A stretch of DNA of 64,000 bases from an uncultured Lyngbya sp. (GTDB lineage: Bacteria > Cyanobacteriota > Cyanobacteriia > Cyanobacteriales > Microcoleaceae): NCBI GenBank assembly GCA_964434975.1, contig CAYSWY010000003.1, positions 42,663-106,662 of the forward strand, written 5' to 3'. Below are positions 1 through 9,455 of this stretch, in pieces. The notes under the pieces are model-generated. The model did no database searches, had not been told where the DNA came from, and saw only the letters and a list, made by a program, of their open reading frames with translations. The translations under genes were made by a program, and so were the position numbers. Every line of letters begins with the position of its first letter. Position 1 is the stretch's first letter.

Positions 1-90
1 CCGGTGTAGGTGTTCAACAGTATGACAGAGTCGGGTTACAATTCCATCAATCTTTGGTAAAAAGGTTTCAGTGAACAGAGCTATTCGCAT
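1..90 (-). CDS. GT4 glycosyltransferase, SqdX-like; only the first 30 codons are present because the gene runs off the left edge
   Basis: The reverse complement of 1-90 starts with ATG and reads [30 protein letters not shown]. This matches the characteristic N-terminus I recall for cyanobacterial SqdX-type GT4 enzymes. It is absent from the ORF track because it is truncated. Confidence 0.5.
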   Translation of the reverse strand, partial: MRIALFTETFLPKIDGIVTRLCHTVEHLHR

Positions 91-206
91 ACAGAGTAAC
101 TGACTTTAGCGTCGATTGTCCTAGCTCCCTCATCATCTCAGAATTTGGCATCAGCGTCACAGGTTCTTCAGACTGAGTTTGAGGAGAGTAACACAATTAC
201 TCATAC

Positions 207-1013
207 TCAATTAGCTTTACTAGACGTATCAGTCTCAAAATTAAACAGGGTTAATGGAATACACCATGTTGCATGAACAGTACAAAGAGCCACACGCAGG
301 TTAGTGATTGTAACTTTTTCTACACTGCCATCAAGTCTGAGAGTAAAAGCCTCTCGACCATTCTGCCAAATTGTCACGCTACCTCCTCCACTGCGACCTA
401 AACTGAGTGTTATGTCACCTGAATCTATATTTGCTCCTAAACTCAGCAAACCATGAGGGATTTCCACAAGATCGTATTTCACTTTATTTGTTTTCAGGTT
501 AAAAGCACGAAGCATGAAGATACGGTCGTAACTCGCTAAATGCTCACGGAGTTTATCCGCTGCTAGTCGAGCTAAACCAGAAGCATCTTGATCTCGAATC
601 CAAGGTGCTTCCATAAGTTTAGAGATAGTAATCCTGTCCTGCCGAATATTTTTCGATGCTTCAGTTTTGAGTGAAATCCTTGCCTCATCCACCAAAAGAT
701 CGGCTCCTGGATATACGTTACTAACTGCGATCTCGGCAGTTTTGCCATCACAGCGTAAGGCATCGCGGAAAATATACTCAAACGATTTTTTATTGAGTTT
801 TTCTTCTACCACTGCGTGGTGAATCAGCAAACGACTTGCAAAGTATTCAGAAAATAGGGGAGTGGCAAAATCACTTTCTGGATTTGATGAGCTGTCAAAC
901 TGAGCCTGAAGAGCTAATGCCATACGATTCAACAGCATCAGACGTGTAGCAGTAAGCTGCGGAGCAATTTCGTGCAATTGCCTTAGCAATTCATCAAAAT
1001 CTCGCACAAACAT
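207..1013 (-). CDS. Candidate type II restriction endonuclease (family not recognised)
   Basis: This 268-aa ORF starts 3 nt after the stop of the RHH gene and lies divergent to an m5C methyltransferase. It has a possible PD..(D/E/S)xK-like stretch, YPGADLLVDEARISLKTEASK. The assignment rests on context only. Confidence 0.4.
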   Translation of the reverse strand: MFVRDFDELLRQLHEIAPQLTATRLMLLNRMALALQAQFDSSSNPESDFATPLFSEYFASRLLIHHAVVEEKLNKKSFEYIFRDALRCDGKTAEIAVSNVYPGADLLVDEARISLKTEASKNIRQDRITISKLMEAPWIRDQDASGLARLAADKLREHLASYDRIFMLRAFNLKTNKVKYDLVEIPHGLLSLGANIDSGDITLSLGRSGGGSVTIWQNGREAFTLRLDGSVEKVTITNLRVALCTVHATWCIPLTLFNFETDTSSKAN

Positions 1014-1016
1014 TCG

Positions 1017-1208
1017 TTAAATTTCCCCAGCTTGAGATTTGTGACTAGGGAGGTGGTTTTTTTCCCAATCTTCCACGGATTTCAGTAAAATCTGCCTTGC
1101 CCATGTTGATAGATCTAAATGTTCCCCAGATGCAACACGGGCAATCCTTTCCCTATCCTCCTGAGTTAGCCTGATTTGCAAAAATTCGGTTTTAGGTGAT
1201 CTTGCCAT
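1017..1208 (-). CDS. Ribbon-helix-helix (CopG/Arc-like) DNA-binding protein, a putative controller or antitoxin-like regulator
   Basis: The 63-aa product has a beta-strand FLQIRLT followed by helices QEDRERIARVA and LSTWARQILLKSV. It is co-oriented with 207-1013 and almost abuts it. Confidence 0.65.
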   Translation of the reverse strand: MARSPKTEFLQIRLTQEDRERIARVASGEHLDLSTWARQILLKSVEDWEKNHLPSHKSQAGEI

Positions 1209-1228
1209 AAACGAGATACATCGTGAAT

Positions 1229-1290
1229 CATTGTGTTACAACCACAGTACTGAAATCTGAATCAGATGTCTGTCTCACAATGTGTTACGA
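1229..1290. promoter_or_regulatory. Candidate operator region between the divergent RHH/R and M genes
   Basis: A direct repeat CA-N-TGTGTTAC-N-A occurs at 1229-1241 and 1278-1290. It flanks a 13-bp palindrome ATCTGA-A-TCAGAT at 1255-1267. Confidence 0.3.
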
Positions 1291-1318
1291 TTAAGCTGAG
1301 CATCATTCTTGTATTTCC

Positions 1319-2566
1319 ATGCTGATTAATCACTCAAAACTAAATACCCTCTGGAAAGTCGTTGATTTATTCTCGGGCTGTGCAGGGATGAGTGCAGGCT
1401 TTGATCGTTATCAAAATCATTTTCAAATAGTCGGAGCTGTTGATATTGAAGTTGCTAAACCTGGACGAGGTAAACACAAAGCTGCTTCTACAAAGTGTAA
1501 TGCTACTTACTTTAGAAATATAGGGATTAAGCCCAAAAATGCTGATTTAACAACTTTGAATCCTCAGATATATCGTGAGGAACTAGGGTTGAAAAAGGGG
1601 TCGCTAGAGGTTTTAATTGCTTGCCCTCCCTGCACAGGCTTTTCTCAAAAAAACTCTAAAAACCATTTAGTAGACGATCCACGTAATCAGCTCGTGACAC
1701 ACACTGCTGCTTTTGTAGAAGAATTTCTTCCAGAATTTCTCGTAATGGAAAATGTTAAAGAGTTATTACGAGGTAGACATCAACACCATTTTCAATCACT
1801 CTACGACAAGTTAGAAAACTTAAATTATTCAATCTATGCAGAAATCCATGAATTTTCAAATTATGGCTTGCCGCAACGAAGAGAAAGAGTCTTATTGATA
1901 GCTAGACGCGGTCGTGGATTGATTGGTCATCCATTAAAAAAAGAGAAAAAAAAGATGACAGTTTGGGATACAATAGCTCATTTACCTGTCATCAATTCGG
2001 GAGAAACTCACCCTTGTGATCCGATGCATGTCTGTCCTGGAATGACCCCAATTGTAAAATCTCGACTTCAAGCTATTCCAAAAGATGGAGGTTCTTGGGG
2101 AGATATCATGAATAATCCTAATATTTCAAACGAGGAGAAGCATAGACTGCTAATTCCATCGATGTTTCGTGCTAAGCCGGGTTCTTTTCCAGATGTTTAT
2201 GGTCGTCTAAAGTGGCATTCTGTTGCACCAACAATTACTCGTGAATGTGGTCATATTGGAAATGGGCGGTATGCTCATCCTGAGCAGGATAGACTTCTAA
2301 CTGTTAGGGAAATGTCTTTACTTCAGGGATTTCCTCCCAGCTATTTTTTTGAGGGGTCTCTATCCGCTAAATATAACCAAATTGGTGATGCTGTTCCACC
2401 ATATATATCTGCTAAGATAGCTCAGCATATTATTCAATTAAAGCTTAATCAAGATACATCTCAAAATTGTCTCCAATTCCCGCCTACTATAGTTCGTCAA
2501 CTTAATCTATTTGAAGAAACGAAGAATCCTAAGTTAAATAAAAACAGTTTGTCAAAAGACAAATAA
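1319..2566 (+). CDS. DNA (cytosine-5)-methyltransferase
   Basis: The protein carries the m5C-MTase motifs: VVDLFSGCAGMSAGF (I), ACPPCTGFS (IV), LVMENVKELL (VI), LPQRRERVLLIA (VIII), LTVREMSLLQGFP (IX) and QIGDAVPP (X). Confidence 0.9.
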   Translation: MLINHSKLNTLWKVVDLFSGCAGMSAGFDRYQNHFQIVGAVDIEVAKPGRGKHKAASTKCNATYFRNIGIKPKNADLTTLNPQIYREELGLKKGSLEVLIACPPCTGFSQKNSKNHLVDDPRNQLVTHTAAFVEEFLPEFLVMENVKELLRGRHQHHFQSLYDKLENLNYSIYAEIHEFSNYGLPQRRERVLLIARRGRGLIGHPLKKEKKKMTVWDTIAHLPVINSGETHPCDPMHVCPGMTPIVKSRLQAIPKDGGSWGDIMNNPNISNEEKHRLLIPSMFRAKPGSFPDVYGRLKWHSVAPTITRECGHIGNGRYAHPEQDRLLTVREMSLLQGFPPSYFFEGSLSAKYNQIGDAVPPYISAKIAQHIIQLKLNQDTSQNCLQFPPTIVRQLNLFEETKNPKLNKNSLSKDK

Positions 2567-2680
2567 TAGTTTCTATCTCTAAGTCGCTACAAACAATCTT
2601 TTCACTACCTATCAAATTTATATCGAGTTAAATGAATCAGTCATGATAAGATTGGCTATTGTGGTTTGAGTAAAACGTCG

Positions 2681-3745
2681 ATGACTGAGATTCCATCCGA
2701 ACATACCGCCGAATTGCAAGAATTAATTACCTTACTACGCCGCAAGGAACAAAATTGGGTGGTGTGGGGTAAAACTTGTGCAAAGTTACAAAAAGCAGGT
2801 TACACCCCTCAACAGATTTTTGAAGAAACAGGATTTGAAGCCGTTCAGCAAAATCAGGTGATTGTTGGATCTCAGGTGTATGATTCTGTGATGCAGTTCG
2901 ATATTAATGATGCGACTAAAGCTTATTTTCAACGCAAAGGCAGTGATATTCTGTATGAATTCCGGATTTTAACCCAGCCTCAACGGGTACAGGCGGCGGA
3001 ATTTGCTGTAGAACGTCAATTAGATGCCGATGATGCCAAGGATCTGACTAAAGCCTTAAAAGAGTTTTCTCGGGTTTCTAGACTACCAGAAGGCTTTGCA
3101 AATCATCCCGGTGATGCCATTGCTTATCAAAGTTGGCGACTGGCTAGACAAAATAACGATTTACAACAGCGATCACGTTTAATTGCCAAAGGCTTACAAT
3201 TTGCTCATTCAGCAACCGCCCGACAACAGCTTGAACAATTGTTAACGGATTTTACCGTATTTTCGGAACGTTCCGCCCCCAGATTTCCGGTTTATCGCTT
3301 AGAATCAGGAGAACAACTGCCCCGTATTCTACCCGTTGTCGGTGAATTTCCCTTAACCATTGCGGAATTAAAAGCAGTTCCTTTAACCGAAGAAATTGAT
3401 CCATTTCGCTTAGTCAAATTTTCCGGACAAGGGGCCTGGGTCGCCTTACCGGGTTGGCAAGTGATATTAAAAGCTGAAGATCCAATTGTGATTTTAGGTG
3501 ATAGCGATCGCCTTCCGACTCCATTACCGGGTAAAATAGAAAAGATTTTAATTGTGATTGATCGCGCCGCACGTCAGTGGAATGGGGATAGTTATTTTCT
3601 GGTCGAACAGGACAATCAACTGATCTTACAATGGTTTGAAACGGCACCAGATACAGCTTTATTGGGTCAACTGATTTTGATGATGCGTCCCAAAAAAGTT
3701 TTAGATGAAAATCAAATTCATGATTTGTGGCAAATTGAAGAATAA
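2681..3745 (+). CDS. raf1: RuBisCO accumulation factor 1
   Basis: The N-terminal LLRRKEQNWVVWGKTCAKLQKAGYTPQQIFEETGFEAVQQNQVIVGSQVY and the ~355-aa length match my recollection of cyanobacterial Raf1. I prefer the ATG at 2681 over the TTG at 2666 used in the ORF track. Confidence 0.7.
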   Translation: MTEIPSEHTAELQELITLLRRKEQNWVVWGKTCAKLQKAGYTPQQIFEETGFEAVQQNQVIVGSQVYDSVMQFDINDATKAYFQRKGSDILYEFRILTQPQRVQAAEFAVERQLDADDAKDLTKALKEFSRVSRLPEGFANHPGDAIAYQSWRLARQNNDLQQRSRLIAKGLQFAHSATARQQLEQLLTDFTVFSERSAPRFPVYRLESGEQLPRILPVVGEFPLTIAELKAVPLTEEIDPFRLVKFSGQGAWVALPGWQVILKAEDPIVILGDSDRLPTPLPGKIEKILIVIDRAARQWNGDSYFLVEQDNQLILQWFETAPDTALLGQLILMMRPKKVLDENQIHDLWQIEE

Positions 3746-4406
3746 ATCAGATTCGATCACTTCTCCTGACTCTTCTTGCGTGACCCAGTCTCTGTTGTTA
3801 GCTTAAAGCATACAGGCTTACTTTTGTCGTAAAAACAGGCCGTTTCTTGCCTCAAGAAGTCCATCGCCACTATCAATATTTCTATTCCCTCAGGCTTATT
3901 CTTGTCAGATACAGCGCTATAACGGCTTAAAAATATTTGAGAAAGCCGATCTCAGTCGGCAGCGCCAACTCAGCGTCAAGTGTTTATTTTTCAAGAAATG
4001 TTTTAATTGAAATATTGAGTCTGATGATCCGATTATTGCAACATAAAAATATAATTCTTAATAATTCTTAATAAACAAAAAGAGGAATAAAAAAGATTAA
4101 GCTAATCGTTCAGGATCAAAGGCTTAAGCTTAAGAATGAAGACATTTACCTCAAGATTGTAGAAATTCAAGTCACTTTACCTAAAAATCAATCAGTAATT
4201 TTCATGAAGACTCTGACAAAAATAAGAGTCAATATCATAAGATATTAAGGATATCAATTCATCGACAGAATAAGGCTTTCTATTTTTTTAAGATGTATTG
4301 TTTAATTATTAAATTAATCTTTGATCAAAGCATCTTCACCGATGATGGATTAAAGAACGCACTTAGACTTAGGTGGTGGGCTGAAAGGTGAATATTTAGA
4401 TTACTT

Positions 4407-7400
4407 ATGTTTATTGCTTCTTCGCTGCAAGATTTGCTTTACGTTGTTCCCCAGTGTCAGCCCGCTGTGACCCTAGGTGAATTGTGGTTGATGTTTTGTC
4501 AAAATCAGTGTCACTGCATTGTTGTTGTTGATCGGCACGAACATCCCCAAGGGTTAGTGTTTCTGCCTCGCTTAATACACTATCTATTTTCCGCTTTTCC
4601 TGAGATTCAACTCTCTAACACAGAAACCAATAGCCTCGGACTACAACAAACCCTAGATTCCCAGAAAGATCATCTGATTGAACCCATCCCGATTTTATCG
4701 GTCGATGCAGAATTTTCACAGTTTAGAGAGCATTTACAACAACTCCAACAGTCTCAATCACATACATTAAAAACCATTCCAACCTTAGCAATGGTTAATC
4801 CAGATGGACAGTTTCTGGGCTTAGTCGATACCCTGGCTTTACTGCAATCTGTCACCGAAACTCCTTCTACCCCACCCAGTACGACTCATGGGCCACTGAC
4901 CCAAACCGTTGCCCCATTTTTACAAAATCTCTTAGAACAAATGCCCATTCCATTGATGGTTCAAACTATCGATGGCAATATTATTTTACAAAATTGGGCT
5001 TGGCAGTCTCGCTTACACACTGGGGCAGAAAATATTCGACAGACCGCAGAAACAGTGATTCACTTTTCCTCTACCACCTCCTCAGAACATCTGTCTAGCA
5101 TCAATTCTCCCCAAACTGATATTCTACCCAGTTGGTGTCAACTTGGGCCTACGCCGGATACCTATATTTGTGTGTGCAGTACTGCCGAAGAGGAAGAATC
5201 TGTTTGGCAATTTACCCGTCAACCCTTACAATCTCAATGGTCTGAACTCTTAACTCCCCCATCTCAATCCCAGCCGTCTCCCCAGCTTTGGTTAGTCTTG
5301 GCCCAAGAAATCACAGAACAACACCGAGTTTCCCAAGAACTTGCCAGCAAAAATGCTGATTTAGTCCATCTTAACCGCCTCAAAGATGAATTTTTAGCTT
5401 GTATTAGCCATGAATTAAAAACTCCTCTCACCGCAATTTTAGGATTATCAAAGTTACTGAATGAACCGTTGCTGGGTAGCCTGAATGAACGCCAAGCTCA
5501 TTATGCCCAACTGATTTATCAAAGCGGCCGCCATTTGATGATGGTGGTCAATGATATTTTAGACCTGACTCGTATTGAAACGGAGCAGTTGGAACTCTCC
5601 CTCAGCGTCATTCAAATTGAAGCGGTGTGTGAACAAGGTTTTACCATGGCGGCCCAGCAGCAACAGCAACAGAATCGTTCTAAAACCTATCAGAGTTTGG
5701 CTGAGGCAACGGAACACCAAATTGCAGAAGCCAGAACCCGATTTACCCTGGAAATTGATCCAGATTTAGACTTTTTAGTAGGCGATGAACTGCGACTGCG
5801 ACAGATGCTGGCTCATTTGCTCTCAAATGCGCTGAAGTTTACGCCTCAAAATCAAAGGTTAGGGCTGCGAGTCAGTCTATGGGATCAGTGGGTTGCGTTT
5901 ACAGTGTGGGATGAGGGAATTGGCATTCCAGAAGACAAACAACATTTAATTTTTCAGAAGTTTCAACAGCTTCAAAATCCGTTAACTCGAGAATATCAAG
6001 GAACGGGACTTGGCTTAGTTTTAACCCAACGTTTGGCTCATCTCCATGGGGGGGATGTCAGCTTTATTTCTCAAGCTGGGGTGGGCAGTCAATTTACGAT
6101 TCTCTTACCCCCTAGCCCACCGATGGCAGATGTTCAACTTTCCTCAAAATTACCTCAAATTCAATATCGTTCTAAATCAACCGCAAAGCCTCGGTTAGTT
6201 TTGATTGTTGAGGCGGTTCCTCGGTTTATTCAACATATCAGCGAACATCTCAATCAAATTGGCTATCAGGTTGTGATTGCTCGTTCTGGAACAGAAGCGA
6301 TTGAAAAAGCCCGCTGTCTGCAACCTCATGTGATTTTCCTCAACCCGTTATTGCCCTTACTCTCAGGCTGGGATGTGCTGACTTTACTGAAAACCGACGG
6401 GCAAACCCATCAAATTCCTGTTGTGATTACCGCAACATTAGGAGATAAAAACCGAGCCTTAAAGAATCGTTCTGATGGCTTTTTATGTCTTCCCGTTGAA
6501 CCATCAGAACTCCAGAGAACTTTAGCGATTCTTAACCAAAAACCACTGCAAAAAGTTACTCAAAAATTAACGATTCTTTGGTTAAATCCGATTGATGAGC
6601 AGAAAAAACCAGAAGTACAAGATCACAATAGCGCTGAAACTGCCGCTCAAGATTCAGCTTTAATTTTACAAAATTGTACTCCCTGCCGAATTATTGAAGC
6701 AGATGATTTGGTTCAAGCTGAACTCTTAGCGCGGATTTGGCAACCGAATGTAGTGGTGCTTGAAAGTTTATCGGGGGTGCAATCTCCCTCCAATTTTCTG
6801 CAACAATTTACTCAAGAAGAAAGTTTGTCAACATTACCTTTGATCACATTAGATTCATTCACCACGGAATTAGCCAATAAAATTAATTCATTATTAGTTT
6901 TTCCCTGCTTAATCAGCAATCTCAAGCCTGAATCTGATGCTGCGATTGAATCAGCATTATTACAAGCGGTTCAGTTGGCAACAGGAATGAATCGTAAAGG
7001 GAGTATTCTGGTGATCGATTTATTGACATTGTCTCAGTCATCTGAAAACAATTTTTCTACAACCATAGAGTTTCAGACTCAAATGGATCATGCTTTAATT
7101 CAATATTTAGAAACGGCTGGATTTCGCAGTATTATGGGAAATTCTTGGCGAGAAGTGATTCAATTAATTCAAAGTCAAACCATTGATTTGTTGTTAATTT
7201 GTAGCCAGAGCTGTATGTATTCTTCTTTGCATCAAGGACTAGAAGAAATTGAGGCTGTTAATCTTCCACTCCCGATTTTTATTTGGGATCGCTCAGACGG
7301 ACAACGAAGTATAAATTCAACTTTCGCTTCGCAGCAAACTGTTGGAAAATCTCACCCTTCCACTAGAACTGCTCAAGTTTCTACTCAGCTTTCAGCAGAG

Positions 7401-7502
7401 ATCCAACAATTGATTGATCGGCTGAGAATTCAAGTTTTACCGTCTCACACCTCAATTGTAGAAGTTCTTAATACAGTTAGACAGTATTTTCAAGTGCATT
7501 AA
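4407..7502 (+). CDS. Sensor histidine kinase with a CBS-like N-terminus, a PAS-like region, HisKA/HATPase domains and three degenerate receiver-like domains
   Basis: The H-box is LNRLKDEFLACISHELKTPLTAILG. The HATPase boxes are LLSNALKFT, WDEGIGIP and GTGLGLVL. Three CheY-like blocks follow in the C-terminal third. Confidence 0.85.
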   Translation: MFIASSLQDLLYVVPQCQPAVTLGELWLMFCQNQCHCIVVVDRHEHPQGLVFLPRLIHYLFSAFPEIQLSNTETNSLGLQQTLDSQKDHLIEPIPILSVDAEFSQFREHLQQLQQSQSHTLKTIPTLAMVNPDGQFLGLVDTLALLQSVTETPSTPPSTTHGPLTQTVAPFLQNLLEQMPIPLMVQTIDGNIILQNWAWQSRLHTGAENIRQTAETVIHFSSTTSSEHLSSINSPQTDILPSWCQLGPTPDTYICVCSTAEEEESVWQFTRQPLQSQWSELLTPPSQSQPSPQLWLVLAQEITEQHRVSQELASKNADLVHLNRLKDEFLACISHELKTPLTAILGLSKLLNEPLLGSLNERQAHYAQLIYQSGRHLMMVVNDILDLTRIETEQLELSLSVIQIEAVCEQGFTMAAQQQQQQNRSKTYQSLAEATEHQIAEARTRFTLEIDPDLDFLVGDELRLRQMLAHLLSNALKFTPQNQRLGLRVSLWDQWVAFTVWDEGIGIPEDKQHLIFQKFQQLQNPLTREYQGTGLGLVLTQRLAHLHGGDVSFISQAGVGSQFTILLPPSPPMADVQLSSKLPQIQYRSKSTAKPRLVLIVEAVPRFIQHISEHLNQIGYQVVIARSGTEAIEKARCLQPHVIFLNPLLPLLSGWDVLTLLKTDGQTHQIPVVITATLGDKNRALKNRSDGFLCLPVEPSELQRTLAILNQKPLQKVTQKLTILWLNPIDEQKKPEVQDHNSAETAAQDSALILQNCTPCRIIEADDLVQAELLARIWQPNVVVLESLSGVQSPSNFLQQFTQEESLSTLPLITLDSFTTELANKINSLLVFPCLISNLKPESDAAIESALLQAVQLATGMNRKGSILVIDLLTLSQSSENNFSTTIEFQTQMDHALIQYLETAGFRSIMGNSWREVIQLIQSQTIDLLLICSQSCMYSSLHQGLEEIEAVNLPLPIFIWDRSDGQRSINSTFASQQTVGKSHPSTRTAQVSTQLSAEIQQLIDRLRIQVLPSHTSIVEVLNTVRQYFQVH

Positions 7503-7544
7503 TCATCCATCAATCAGAAATTGAGGCCATTAAAAAAGTATACA

Positions 7545-8030
7545 TTAAGCTAAATTGGGTGGAATATAGCCAGAGCGAGGTTTGGTTTTTTGGTACTGCT
7601 GTAGGTAAGAACGGATTAAAGTTTGAATTTCTTCTTTTTTGACTTCTGTCCCTGATTCAATTTGACCCGGGGTTTCAAAGAAAATAATACTATCTAAATT
7701 CGGAATAGCAACCATTTGAAATAAAATCGAAATCACGGGTAACAGCGCTGCTTTGGTCACAGATGGATGATTAACTCGACTTTGAGCATTGACATCTTCT
7801 AAAGAGGGATAAGCATAAATGACTCGTTTTTCTAAATGAGGTTGTGAAAGATTACTCAAGGTGGTTAAGACCCAACGCCCATCGGAAGTTTGCAAAATAT
7901 AATAATGCAAATGTTGTAATTGCTGAGCAATCATTTTTAATCCGGGGGCGATGGCTGTGACGATATCGGCTGTTTTTCCATCGCTCGGTGCATTTTGAAT
8001 TAAAGCAGTAATTTGTTGATTTAAAGTCAT
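7545..8030 (-). CDS. Hypothetical protein (161 aa)
   Basis: This is a clean ORF divergent from the hetZ-like gene. I recognised no family. Confidence 0.45.
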   Translation of the reverse strand: MTLNQQITALIQNAPSDGKTADIVTAIAPGLKMIAQQLQHLHYYILQTSDGRWVLTTLSNLSQPHLEKRVIYAYPSLEDVNAQSRVNHPSVTKAALLPVISILFQMVAIPNLDSIIFFETPGQIESGTEVKKEEIQTLIRSYLQQYQKTKPRSGYIPPNLA

Positions 8031-8288
8031 GGGTTATTCGTTATTAGTTATTCGTCGTTAGTTATTTGTTATTAGAAAAAACACCCAACAGGCATTCATT
8101 AGTCATTACTCATTTGTTGATAGCACTATCGCCCATGGCTACGAAGCGTGGTTATTCATTCTCCCACTATCTGAGTTTCCCCGTCTCCCCACAGGCGATC
8201 GCAAGCCTGACTTCTGATTTACCCGAAAACCTCCGGAAAGCCGAAGTAGCCCTGTGAAAAACGGTGTTAGGGTCAATATTAATTAATC

Positions 8289-9455
8289 ATGAACATGGGG
8301 GAAATCTGCCAGAGTGAAAGCATATATCAACGGCTCTTGAGTGAACTCAAACAGTCCACGATGGCATCAATGCAGAACTGTCAGGATATTGCCAGGCGCT
8401 TAACAGATGAGGCTGTTCGGATTTGTACAGAAAGCCAACGAATACAAGCGTCTGGGGAAATTGAAACTTGGGCAATGACATTAGCGCAGCATCGTCTCAG
8501 ACAATGTTTGCACTACTATCAGCTCGGCTCAAAACAAGGGCCAGTTGAGCTACATAGTACCTTGAGTGCAATTATATATCGTTATATTACACCGCCTCAG
8601 GTGCAATCGAGTTATCAGGCTCGATTAGAATTAATCAAAGACTTTTTGCAAGGATTTTATATTGAAACATTAAATTCCTTTCGTAAAGAAACCCAACTGC
8701 CAAAGGATTATCGCCCGAAAACGCTCCTAGAACTGTCTGAATATATGGCGTTTACAGAGCGTTACGGAAAACGGCGCATTCCGCTATCGCGCGGCCGTAG
8801 CCAGCAGTTGATTATTTTACGATCGCAAACATTCTCTCAGCAACAACCGAAAGAAGCATTTGTGGACTTAGATCAAGCCGCAGAAGGGGTCAGTTCAGAT
8901 TCTGATCAAACTTGGCATGATGGGTCGATTCAGCAAGTGCGTTCTGCGATGGTGGCTGAGTCTACTGAACCTGAGCTAGACTCGTTGCGACAGTCTGTGA
9001 TTGATGAATTGATTGCCTATTTGGAAAGCAATAATCAACATGATTGCGCTAATTATTTTATCTTACGATTGCGAGATTTACCCACGCGGGAAATTGAGGC
9101 GCTTTTGGGATTAACTCCCCGTCAACGGGATTACTTACAGCAACGCTTTAAATATCACTTATTGCGATTTGCCTTAGGAAATCGTTGGGAGTTAGTGCAT
9201 CAATGGTTAGAGGCTGATTTAGAACGTAATCTAGGATTAACCCCAAAGCAGTGGGAAGATTTTCAAGCCCAAATTAGCCTTCAGCAACAGCATTTGTTAA
9301 GGTTAAAGCGTCAGGGTTTATCCGATCATGAAATCGCTCAAGCCTTAGACTGTAAGGTGAATCAAGTCCAAAAACGATGGATGAAACTATTGGAATTGGC
9401 TTGGGAAATTAGAAATCGTTCAGTATCCGGAGCAGGTGCATCAAGAGATGAATAA
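8289..9455 (+). CDS. hetZ: HetZ-like regulator
   Basis: The 388-aa protein contains blocks RIQASGEIETWAMTLAQHRL, LGSKQGPVELHSTLSAIIYRYI, LSEYMAFTERYGKRRIPL, LGLTPRQRDYLQQRFKYHLLRFA and a C-terminal AWEIRNRSVSG. I recall these as characteristic of HetZ. The C-terminus has sigma-region-4-like HTH segments. Confidence 0.55.
   Translation: MNMGEICQSESIYQRLLSELKQSTMASMQNCQDIARRLTDEAVRICTESQRIQASGEIETWAMTLAQHRLRQCLHYYQLGSKQGPVELHSTLSAIIYRYITPPQVQSSYQARLELIKDFLQGFYIETLNSFRKETQLPKDYRPKTLLELSEYMAFTERYGKRRIPLSRGRSQQLIILRSQTFSQQQPKEAFVDLDQAAEGVSSDSDQTWHDGSIQQVRSAMVAESTEPELDSLRQSVIDELIAYLESNNQHDCANYFILRLRDLPTREIEALLGLTPRQRDYLQQRFKYHLLRFALGNRWELVHQWLEADLERNLGLTPKQWEDFQAQISLQQQHLLRLKRQGLSDHEIAQALDCKVNQVQKRWMKLLELAWEIRNRSVSGAGASRDE

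Noticed and set aside
8066-8257. A 63-aa + strand ORF between the 161-aa gene and the hetZ-like gene
   Set aside because: It has a non-ATG start and an odd composition, and it lies in the presumed divergent promoter region. It contains a HIP1 site and low-complexity GTTATT repeats just upstream.
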